DNA from: Tubiluchus corallicola
Lineage: Eukaryota; Animalia; Priapulida
Direction of reading: 5' to 3'
Length of the DNA: 64,000 bases
Assembly: GCA_030141605.1 (NCBI GenBank)
Contig: JAQGDQ010000003.1
Span: forward strand, 1,488,001-1,552,000
Shown: one piece after another, positions 1 to 12,300 of the stretch
How the letters are laid out: each line of letters starts with the position of its first letter
Numbering within the stretch: the first letter of the stretch is position 1
The notes under the pieces: model-generated
Database searches by the model: none
The model's input: only the letters and a program-made list of their open reading frames with translations
What the model was told of the DNA's origin: nothing
Made by a program: the position numbers and the translations under genes

Positions 1-1626
1 ATTGTAAAATAACGCAAGACATTAATATGCATTATGATGCATTATAATTGGGAAACCTATGGTACAAGTGAAAAGTACATTGCTCTCTATTTGTTCAAAA
101 TGCGTGACATTTTAGCTCATATTATAGGTTCGTATTGTGCAATTGGACATTTTTACATTATTTATAACATTTTTGTTGTTGTTAGGACACAAACATCCTC
201 TTCAACGTCATTTAGCAGCGTTTTGTTTTTATTTTTACAATTGGCACAACAGCTTTTCTTTGTACTACAAATTTATATCTACTCAGTGTAAGCTAAGCTA
301 AGGTGGTAATGATGTAACTTAGTGCATTACTATATTTGCTTAACCCACTTTGCAAAAAATTATTTTTATTACCACGATCATTGCATTTTTGTGTAGTTTG
401 TATAGCTTCGTATAGTTTGTGCAGGCTGGTATCCAGCACTCAATAGCAGTATTATATTGATAGCCGTGACAAGACAAATAAAATGTGAAGTAACTGGTTG
501 CGTATTTTCTTATAAAACATAACCCTGATAGGAATAAGATGCTAAACCAGTTCACATTGTAATAATGGTCAAGCTATGCCACGCATGCATTAATGTTGGT
601 TCTGCTCACTAACATCGAAAACTTAACCTTTTGGCCTTTGTGTTCTGATTGCTGCCATTCATTACCATCACATTGCTACACTCATTTACACCCTGACAAT
701 TAGTTTAAGCGGAAGCAGTATACAACTTTCTGATCTCTATCCGAACGGTGATAATATGAGCACGCCTTTTTCGTGGCTTATCCATCTCGAATGGACGTAT
801 AGTAGACTTCCTTCTAAATTGTTCGCGGTTCACAGTGAGTGAAGTTCTAATAAGTTGCAACTCGGATAACGTTGCAATAATAAATGCTCGAAAATGATCA
901 TCTGCACACAAAATTAAAAATAATAGTTTTAACAAAAAAAAAGGCGAACGAAGTCTGGCCAATTTTTCCGGGCTATAATACAAAATTTTATACATCTGAC
1001 AACACAAGGTAATAATTAACTAATACGGTAATTATCCCCCCGACGACGGTAGTCGATGTGCGTGTAGGGGATTAATCGCGCAATGTTCTTGTGTGTTTAT
1101 CTGGGCAATAAAATCAAATGGACGAGCCATAATCTCAAAATTTAGAGTGATGCCCTTGTCTAGAGTGAGTCGTATAAAAAGTTTAATAATTAGCAATCTT
1201 TCGTAGATAGCTTTATAGACGTACTTTTTCAAATGTATTATAGGTTTTCCAATTACGCCGATTAAATAAGTGAAATTGTCCTATGTGTGCAGTTTTAATG
1301 AGTTAATTTCTTGTCATTTTATTCCTAGTCCGCATCGTAGTGCTCACCATATCCTCGCCGAAGGCATTCGAACAATAAAATCGAAACTGATGAAGCCACA
1401 ACCATTGACGTTGGTACAGGGACGGGCCTGCATGGGCTAGTCTTAGATAGCCCTTGGGTTCTTACCTGAAAAGACCAAAGTTAGATAATGTAAATTATGT
1501 CGCAAGCGCAGGTGTCGAAAGAATGTAAAAAACCAAAACAGTGACTTCATGTGAGGGCTCGATCGCGTCTGCACTTACAAGCGTTGCAATAAAAATTAAT
1601 CACAATATATTTTTGATTATATATAG

Positions 1627-4600
1627 GAATTCCATCAACCGGAAGTAGATCAACCATTGTTAGCATTTCAGTGTCCTAGCGGATGGACTGTGCACGAAAC
1701 GTCGTGCTATAAAGTTTATACTAATAAAAGTTCATGGCGATCAGCATTACACCGCTGCAAAAGGTGAGTTTGTTGAGTGTCATGTATGTACATGATACAG
1801 TAAATACCACATTCTAGGACAGATCAATTATGCATGACTATTTAGGGCCCCTAGACTAATGAAATTATAGGACGGAGCCACCCTCTGTAACTCGCCCACA
1901 CCACCCATCTTGAATATTTTCCTAGTGATATAATTTACATAGCTTGAAGTAAACTTATTACAAGTTCTTTAAATAGACTAGAATAGCTAATAGTTTGTTT
2001 GTTTTATGTAATTTATTTTAAGTTAAATGAATTATTCAGCTATGCAAAGTATTATAGCAAATATTGTAGGCCTCTTTTAGTTAGGCCTCTCAGCCTTGCT
2101 TGAGGGGGCCTATGTTACAGCCTAGCTTTTTAAATATTGTTACACATTCAACATAAACAATCATAGGTCTGTGTGGAAAATGCACATGAATATGGTAAAA
2201 TTATTAACTAATAATGCTTTCTACACTTTCTAATGACAAAATTACACTGATGTGAGCCCTTAGAATGGCGAATCGGTGATACCGTTGTATTTTGCGTAGG
2301 CCACCTAGGATAACAGCCCATAGGATAATCCGGTCTCGACCGCTTTGCTTAATTTTTTTTATTGTTAACACTAAAATAAATTGCTTGCCGTCTGTTTTTG
2401 ATACTTTAAAAGGCAGTTTAGAAAAAAGATCGCCTGCATGTTTGTCAAAGTCTACATGCACTTCAATAAACGCATTTCTTTAACAACTCAGTATAATGTT
2501 TCAGAGAAATACACTGGCAAACAAGTGTAAAATTTCGTCAAAAATTATTTATCAAATGTCAGTGTCGCAAAAAAATTATGTGTCAAAGTGCCAGCTGGCC
2601 CGGTTATAGCTACAAATCATACATTGTGTGTTTCTGACTGTTATGATGCATGCTTATACATGTATGACCTTTATTCACACAATGTCATAACGTTGCATTA
2701 CAACAGGACAAGTATAATGCTATAACTTTGTTAATTCTAACTAAAAATAGTGGTTGGCAAGATAAATATTTCATGGAGAAATTTAATAATTGGGGTTGCA
2801 TAATATTATAACAGTTGAAATCCACAAAAGAAAAATTTTGAGCTGTAGACTTTTATCTTAATTTTCTTCTGCTTACTACTTAACCACCGTGCTTGCTATC
2901 AATTACACTTTAAATTTAATTTCCGACTTGGTCTAAGTTTGTTTGCTGTACTCAAAATACGTATGATATGTAAATATGTGCTAACTCACGCTTTCGTTGC
3001 ACATTAATTTTAATTTATCATACATAGATAACTTGCCTGCCTAGACCTGCACCGTGCACCGTGTATCAGTATTTTACTGAATGTACACGATCTAACGAAT
3101 AATAGCTAACTCGGGACTTGTTCAGCTAGACCGACGGCCCATTAATTTTTCGTTTTCAAACTAAAGTCAATTTTATCAATTTTTTTCGTGGCCCAGCGAT
3201 CATGAATATTTTTAGTACGTATACTATCTATCTGTACTTCATAAGCTTCATCGGCTCCGCCGTAATTTATTTGTCGGCCGTGAAAAAAAGCAAATTTTAC
3301 GCATACCTTAGTAGTTCCCAGGGCTGATGTTCCATATTATATTTTATCCCGGTGGGAAATTTGGATCTGTATTTTGGTAAATTTCTTTCTTTCACTTTGT
3401 TTTTGCCTGTTGAGTGTTTACCTTTGCAATTTACCCGATTCTTGCGTTGTGACAAACTCCAAAAAAGAATGAGGACAATTTTAGCCATTTGAGTGACTTT
3501 CAGGACAGTATCAAGACTGAGGAGTGGGGATTCATAGGCGGGTGGCAGTGACCAGGTGTTAGAGCACAAATTTTGTCTATGAATGCTTGATATATAAGTC
3601 ATGCTTTTCACAAAATTACAGTAATGCTACATCCTTCTAGGGTACCAGGTACTGAGGTAGTTCGTACTCTGTGTGGGTTAATACCTTATTATTAATGACA
3701 ATAATACACAAATTGCGTCAGAATTTGCGCTATTTTTAAGCTAGTGTAGCGTTTTCATTGAAAATACTGTGCATGTGTTTCTGAGAACCATTTAATCTGC
3801 AAGTGCACTGTACTGAATGACGTTGCCTTTAAATGTACATGAATGTGTACATAGTATTAGGCTAGTATGGTGCACTGGACCATAATTGCATAACTGTAGT
3901 ACTTGTTTCAGGCCATGTGCCATGCGTGCTATTTGGAGTGGCTGTAGTATATTGCGCAGTATAAATCACTGAACTGAATAAATATAAAATATGAACAGCG
4001 AACAACATTTAAATTATATCGATATCTAAATTGTTATTAGTAAACAAACAAGTACAACGGACATTGCCACTAAAGTCAACTTGGCTCAGTTTCTGGAGAC
4101 GTATTTAGGCTACCCGTATATCAATATAATTTAAATATTGTTCACTGTTCATATTTTATATTTATTCAGTTCTGTGATTTAGTTTGAAACCCTGAAAATC
4201 GGAAGATAAATAATTTTACCATGAGGCAAATATTAGTTGCCAACAATCTCTCCTCTCTCTCCTTCCGTTGTTCCCTTTTTCTCCTACTCTCCCCTGCTTG
4301 CTTGTCTTCTCGATCCTCTTATCTTCTCCTTCTATGGTCTCTTCTCCTTTCCTCTCCTGTCATCTTCTTTCCTTTTTGCTTGCCTTCCCTTCCTTTCTCC
4401 CCTTCGTTTTTTCTTTTTCTCCTCCTCTCCTCTCCTCTGCTTTTCTTTTTTTCTTTTCTCTTCTCTCTCCTCATTCCCGTTCAACTCATATTCATCACCT
4501 CTCCAACAGTACCAGTAATTATTCACTTTGCCAAAAAATCTCTCATAAATAGTTATGTCAGGATGGGGCCCCTAAAACTGTGAGGCCCTGGACAACTGCC

Positions 4601-6394
4601 CAGTGTGCTCAAGCCTTAAATTGGGCTTGTACGAATTTACAAATTTGTTGCCATATAAAATAATGTTATGCATGTTTTGTTTTGTTTTAAAGTTTAGTTT
4701 AGAGTCATCACTGGATTTGTTTTCATTTGTTGTTGTACATACTGTAATACCTGTGATAAACAATCTTTTTTACAGCTATGGCAGCGAACTTGTATATATC
4801 AACAGCTACAGTGTAAATAAAGCAATTGGGAAGATTGTAGAACAGGAACTGGTGGAAACATTTTGGATAGGTGAGAAGCTTTAACAGTGCTTTCTTGCAC
4901 ATAGCTCATTCTTTACTTTGTACTGACATATTCTAAACTGCAAAGCTTGCATGCTGGGAGTTTTTGAGGCAGACATAATGTAAACACATGTTTTAAGTGC
5001 TCAATAATTACTCTGCTATTGTAACAATATTACAAGCAGGTTATTGCCGTTAGTATTTTTGTACAGTCTGTTTGTTAGGTAACTTCTTCTAGGTATTTTA
5101 AATTTTCTGATCCGATATTTGACATTTTAAATTATTTAAGATATGATGCCATATATGTACCTCTAAGCTGACTCAGCCTAACCTCTTAACTCTGTACCTA
5201 AACTCTTAACAAATACTTAAAGCAAAGACGATGTAAAGCAATTTGCACTGATTGACAACATTTGTGCAAGTACAAACTGTACAGTCTAACACAGCTTTCA
5301 GTTAGCAAAAATAATTATTGCTAGCAAAGGCCCCGCAAAAAATTTTGCGTATAAATTCACTTATAATCAACAATGTGCGAACATTCTACCTTGTGTTCGT
5401 TTATTTACCTAAAGAAAAGCCAGCAGCAGCTTTTACTGAATTAAAGTTATAAGGTTATAAGCAGAGTATAATAATGTCGTTTGAACAATGGCTTTGCATC
5501 AGCAGTCTTCCAAGCAAAAAATGCCGGAACCTCTAATCAACTCGTCACAGCTCCTCAGGGTGGAGATGTCCTAAAATACAGCCCACACCATCATGTAGCC
5601 TTGTTCCTCCTCTTTCTAAAGAGCTATGTATTTCCATTCGAGAGGCCCACCATGCGGCGCTAGAACGTTTTTCCGCATGCTGTTTGATCAAAATTTCGAA
5701 AAAATCCGGAGTTTGGTCCGGGAAAACGCCCGTTACAGGATGCCGTGGCCCTCTCACGAATTCTAGATATGCCTTCTACACCCACCGCTGAACGGGCTAT
5801 CTATCCATAACCAGCACCACCCCAAGCCCATTCACATTCTCCAGAATAAGAGGTATAAGTTTTGCGAAAAACGGCCAAAAAAGGGACATTTTTGGAGGTT
5901 GGGGTTTTTTCGTCCCTATTCTTCCGGGTGGACCCGATTAAAAAATAAACCCCCAATGAGACCACACTATATCGAGGCCTTTCATTTGCTATATAGATCG
6001 CTGCAAATGCTGCCTAAATTGGCCTTTAGGTCACTAAGCTACAGAACTAAAACTTATAACATCTTTACCAGATTTATATTTTCTGTTATTTCATTACACT
6101 TGATAGTAGTAATGATTTAACAGTAATGGTAATAGTAATAGTAATAGTAGTGATTTACACATTTATGTACAATCCTTCTTTTTTCAGGGTTAAATTCACT
6201 GAGTAGTTCAGGGTTGCAGTGGTCAAATGGACAACAGTCATTTCTTTACTCAGGCTTCTGGGCACCATTGCAGCCTAATATTAACACAGGCGACTGTGTG
6301 TCATCCATTGTAAATAAGGGAAACCCCATTTGGTCTTTCACTGTTTGTAATACCTTGCTGCCTTTTGTATGTGAACTAAAGGCTTGTGCTTATG
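1627..6394 (+). CDS. uif-like exons 1-3: C-type lectin domain
   Basis: Exons 1627-1763 ([32 protein letters not shown]), 4776-4870 ([10 protein letters not shown]...TFWIG) and 6188-6394 (LQWSNG...FWAPLQPN...DCV...[15 protein letters not shown]). Confidence 0.93.
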
Positions 6395-9300
6395 GTAAGA
6401 TTTTTTGTTTTGCATTTAGTTCCCTTATTCAGTTTACATCTATTAAAATAAATAGATTTATTGCTTGAACAGTTAATGTTTGTAAGTACTAATTCTCTTT
6501 TACACTTGAATGTGTCCTTCAAAATTAATTCAGAGTGTAGAGAAGGCTGGCTATTAATAAAGAACGAAATGTGTTTTCACCATTTTGAATTTTTATATGT
6601 GTTCTATTGTACTAGGAAGTGTGCCTGTAATAACTTTTTTGGTAGTGATGATTTGGCCTTATTTCAATTCAACTTTAATCATTCTTTAGTTTTAATTATC
6701 ATTTGTTGTTACAGGTACTTTTCGTTGTTTTAATGGCAAGTGCGTCAGTAGAAGTTGGTTGTGTGATGGACACGATGACTGTGGAGATGCATCGGATGAG
6801 ATCTCATGTGGCAGTATGTGCTATATATTATATACTGTAGTGATTATATACCATATTATATTACATATGCGAAATGTATTCTAATTATATACATGAAAGA
6901 GCCAGCTTCTAGGACTCACCATGTTTATTGTAGCCATTATGAAACTGTAAATCAAGCCAAAAAGAAGAATAAATAATATGCTAATGATACAAAGCATAAG
7001 CAATGATAAGTGAAATTATAATCTCAGTTTTGTAGTTTCAGTTTGTGCCTTTGTAACATTAGTGCATTATTTATTCTTCTTTTTGGCTTGATTTATATCT
7101 TGATAATGGCTACAGTAGCCGAAACGATCGTCACTCAGTAAACACGGTATATAGTTATGTTTATATGTGAATAACATCAGTGCATTTTAACAAAGCCTCA
7201 TGACCTCTTGCACATAACTGGAAATGGTGGCCTGAGACAAACGTGAGAAAGTGGAAAGGCTTTGTGAGCTTGATTAAATCTGTTGAAAGTTTGTGGTATA
7301 TTTCTAAATTGTGATTGATACTTGTTTTTCAATTTTTTTAAAATTTGTCTTTGGGTCAAATCTGAACAGACTCTTTCAAAAGTGAAAATTACCGATGCTA
7401 ATCTTTGAGTGCGACCTAGAAAATCATGTGGCACTGTCACAGATTCAGAACATAGTGTTCTGAACCTAACAGCTGAACTATAAGCCAAAAATTATTGAAT
7501 TTACCTTAACAATAATATTTTGCCTATTGTTTGTTTTCTCCTGAAGTATATGTACGCAATTATTCTATTTTAGTAAATGTGTGTTTGAGGCACTGTTGCT
7601 CTTTGATCTTGATATTCAAAAACATGACGTGATTTGATGCTAATTGAATTTTACACATTTTTATTGAAAAGAGACTTCCTGCGCATTTTATCAAGAAGGT
7701 GTGCGAGGCGTTATTCAATCACCAAATTTCCCAAACCGATATTTTTCCAATCTTGACTGTCGATGGATAATAGAAGCTCCTTTAGGATCAAAAGTAATAT
7801 TACAGGTAAGTGTATCACTGATTCTGTGATCTTAGCAAGCATGCATCATTGTTAATCTCTAAGTTAGAAGACAGTGAAACAGCTTAATATACTTATTGGT
7901 CTTACATAAGTTTGCTTAATAATTACTAACACATGAATGATAATTGTTTATACTACGTCATTGTACATGTTTCTTTACTGATGTTTTATATACAATTCAT
8001 TATGGTGCATATATAATCCACACTGTAACTCTGTGACTTGACCTAGTGCACAGCATAGAGAAGTTTAAATGGAAACTGCATTATTGTCAGCCCTTTATTT
8101 AGCTTTTATGAAGAAATAATGGCAGATTAAGACTGTCCATATTTAGCTTTAAAATTTAAAGGTTTCATTCTGATTCCTATCATCGAAGGTGTGAACAATA
8201 TATTTGTTCCTTTTTTTTACAAATTGTCTTGTTCAGTTTTCTATTTCACATATTTTTCTAAACTTAGTTCTCTGCATTGAAAACTAGTTATACAATATGA
8301 CAAAATGAGTTAATGCCAGACATTTGGTTAATGTTCAAGCACTTATATAAAAAATATTTGTCGATTCACTCATTAGTGTGGCAGATTTTTTGCTTTTGCT
8401 TAGTAGCATGTAGTTATGTATGTACTCCATTGTATAATAGACCATAATCTATTTCTATGTACTTCGTCTTCATTAACTACGTCATCTGTATACCATTTCT
8501 TCTTCCTGAGGCCTTTTTATGTGTGGCAACTGTGGCCAAAGGTTCGTTTGTCTCTTTGACAATAAAAATATAGTAATATAAAAAGTAATATCTAATTTGT
8601 GTTATAAGTTTGATCACCTAGATACTGAAAAGCAGCAAGACTATATTCATATACTTGGTGGAAGTCGGATAGATGCACTTAGCTACACAATTGATAAATT
8701 ATCTGGTTCACAAGCTAGTGCTGAAGAAAAGTACGTCAGTTATAATAATCAGATGGTGGTAAAATTCAAAAGTGATGACCAGATAGAGAAAACAGGGTTT
8801 CAGGCCTCTTGGCGGAGTGGTACGTAGTTCTGTTTAGTAATTAATCTTTGAGAGCATTACATTTACATGAATGTAAATATTTTTCTATAAGTTAATATCT
8901 AAACTTCTGGAAACTCAATCTATCACAGTCTTGACATCTTTTGTCATAGTAATTGTTGCCAAAACTAGGCACTAAATTTCTAATTAGTTCTGATTTTCCT
9001 ACCCAAGGAAATGCTGGGTAGTCACAGTGTGTGCTTAGCAATAGAACTTAAGCTTTGCTAACTCTGTTAATAATGGATGAATAACTGCTTAGAGAACTGC
9101 TTCTGGACAGTTTCATTTGCAATTTAAACATAGCAATGACACTTCATCTGGTTTAGTGTATCGTCTTAAAAATGCCCTTTGATAATGAATGATGTTCTGG
9201 TCCTGCCTCAAATCTCTACACTAAGCATGCATTGCTGTTGTTGTCTTTCGGGTTAGATAATAGCCAATTGTATAAACATAAATCTATATCTTTTCTCTCA

Positions 9301-12300
9301 CAAAATTTAATTATTACAACTTGATATTATACTGTCTTGTGTAATGCACGAATTTTGTTGGACACGCCTTATATTTACCTAATGTGTTCATAGTGTCTAC
9401 TGTCTATGCAAATATAGCAATTTTTATATATTCTATACGAATAGTAACATTACATATTCTGTGAACTAAGTTCTAAACTAATCTTTGCATTAATAATAAC
9501 AATTATATAAACTTTACTGTATAGCCCGTGTTGTATTGCATTTTATCAGATAAATAATAACAAGCATGCTGTTTTTTATTTCACTTTCTACTAGCTTCTC
9601 ATCATTTGTATTATTTCCACTAAGCCTAATGTTACCAGCAGGCATTTCCTGTACTGCACACAAAGACTGTACATTATTCATTGTATAATCTGCTGTAAAT
9701 AATTGCTATTTATTGCTTGCATTGTCCCCGTCATTTTTGAATTTGACACATGGTTCCGCCTATACTAGTTCAAATGTACATTGCTCGAAAGTTCTAGTTC
9801 TCACTTGAATGAGCTTATCTGCTTAATAATAATTATAAATTGAAACGGAAAGGTAACAGAACACTCATGGCTGCTTTTGCTCCAAAAATTCTTAAATCTG
9901 TAACATATGTGCATATATAAGTATATTCTGTACACAACAATAAAAAGTGTAGCCCCATTTATCTCAATATTTGTGATATTGCTTTTGATTTTATCTATCT
10001 GAAACTCCTGTTAATCACTTTGAAAACTACTCTGTGCAGCCTTTTGCATTATTTTTTGTTTAGTAAATATCAACTGTGGGAATGAAGAGCTTACAGCAAC
10101 ACAGGATAAACAGGATCTGTATTCTCCATTTTTTCCTGAACCATATTTCAACGGCATGGAGTGTGTGTATATTATCTCTGCATCTCATAATGAGTTAATC
10201 ACTTTAGAGGTAAACTTTCTTGTAAAATAGTTCAAAATAGAATATTGTTCACTGCTTTAGTTGTAGAAATGATAATTGTTTCACTATATGTATTATTTCA
10301 TGACTTTGGACTACTTTGTCATATAAATTAACTTGTCATGTAACATGATCTTAAACAACGGTAAAATTACCGAATCAGAAATCGCAATAAATTTTAAAAG
10401 TAAAATATGACTTAATGATAAAGCTAAATATTAAATATAAACTTAGCAGATAACTGGTAATCATCGACGAAGCCTTTGGGACTTTTCTCAACAGTTTTAC
10501 CTAATCCTGAAAGTTACGTTTAAGTTAGTGGTCAGTATTGTAGCTTTTTTGTAACTGCTGTTCTTGTGAACTTTTTCACTTTGAAGGCAGCTGTTGACTA
10601 GTTGATAGTGGCAGTTGATTTACTAAAGTATTAAAAACTGATGGCATAGAAAAGTATGTAGCTGAGTACAATATGACTGACCATATAGCTAACTGAGTAC
10701 AATATAATAGAACACTCTAAATTTTACAGTAGTAATGCAGAGTAGAATAGAATAGGGAAAAGCAGAGTAAAGTAGTGTAAAGTAATACAGAAATGTTTAG
10801 AGTATAGGAAAAATGCAATAAATTGAATGGAAAGAAACTAATCAAAGTGGTGTAGAATAGAATAGAGTTTATTGCCACATGCTTACATTGCAGTAAAATT
10901 GTTCTTATCCTCAAGTAATTCAAAATTCTAATTATTTTTGACAGATGAAAGTGCAGGAATTAGAGCATGTAAATGATTTTCTTCAAGTTCGAGACGGTGA
11001 TTCTCCAGATTCACCTCTTCTTTACACTTACACCGGGTCAACAGGACCGACATTCACCATTTCTACTGGTTCTAAGGTGTACCTCTTTTTCTCCAGTGAT
11101 ACAACAGTACGACAGAAGGGATTTCATTTACAGTATTCAGCAGGTACAAATCGGAGCCACATATACTATTAAACAGTAAATTAGAACTTACGATAACCCT
11201 TTCAGAAAACTTAATCAAAAGTATCGTATCTTTTTTATCTAATATATAAGCTGAAGCTGCAAACAGAGGGTATGACCAGGGATGGTGCAGTTAAATTATT
11301 TCTCAGTACTGGTACCTGTTACCGTTGTTTACTCAGAATAGAATAATAGCCCATAGCCTTGACCTTTGGTCTTTCACCTTGAACTTTTTTCATTTTTTCT
11401 TTTTGTAAAAATACTCATAGGAATATTCTGGGAAATTCTTTGTAATTTCATAAAAATAAAAATGGTAAACATAGTAAGCAAAAATAGATTTTCTTATTCA
11501 TAACTATCAGACTCTTTCTTCCTTTTTTATATCACTGTTTTTGTATTATGATTTTGAAACATTGCCCCATACGTGAAGTAAAAACTTTATTTTGTACTGA
11601 TTTAGAACATTGCTTTCAGGATGCAGTAACACGATTACGACAGATTCTGGAAGTTTCGCTTCCCCAGGAAATTTTGTAATTAACTATCCACCATCTCGCA
11701 CCTGCACTTGGCGAATCAGTACACCACAGGGGAAAGCTTTAGCTATGTATTTTGACCATTTTAAAGTTCAACCAGACGATTATGTTGAGGTAAGTACTGT
11801 AATAATTTTTGATCCATATTTGCAGCATTACTAGCTTTGAAGTACTACATGGACATTTAAGACTGTTTATGATTTATATCATTTATTCCATTATCTATGC
11901 CAAGTATATTCTATGTAACTATACATTCTGGTTTATGTTGCAGGTTTATGCTGGTGAAGATGACGTCAGTGGAGATCTTATACACCTTGAAAATGACAAG
12001 GGTTTTACTGGTTTTGAACCACCACCTTTATTGCTGTTCAGTAACACCGGTTCATTCTTTGTCAAGTTCAGTAGTGATGCCCTGGATACCAGCCTTGGTT
12101 TCAGTATTGTATTTTCTATTGGTGAGTGCTTGTTTAGGCCCAAATGTACCATTAATATCATTGAGCTAATGGAAAGCAATCAAATGAAAGAAATTTAATC
12201 GAGTGCAATCATCTGTAAGCCGCATAGGTAGGAGTTTACAATTCCCCACACAATTTGAATACCCTAACCCTAACCCAGCCCTAACCCTAATCCTAATTCT

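Noticed and set aside
756-834. ATG exon MSTPFSWLIHLEWTYSRLPSKLFAVH with donor GTGAGT as the uif first exon
   Set aside because: It is phase 1, so it needs a weaker acceptor at 1663, and the peptide lacks a hydrophobic signal core.
4221-4583. Overlapping ORFs rich in L/S/F/P or E/K/R
   Set aside because: Artefacts of the polypyrimidine tract.
9135-9265. Possible tRNA-derived SINE (A-box-like TGGTTTAGTG, B-box-like TCAAATC)
   Set aside because: Too degenerate; no cloverleaf or clear boundaries could be supported.
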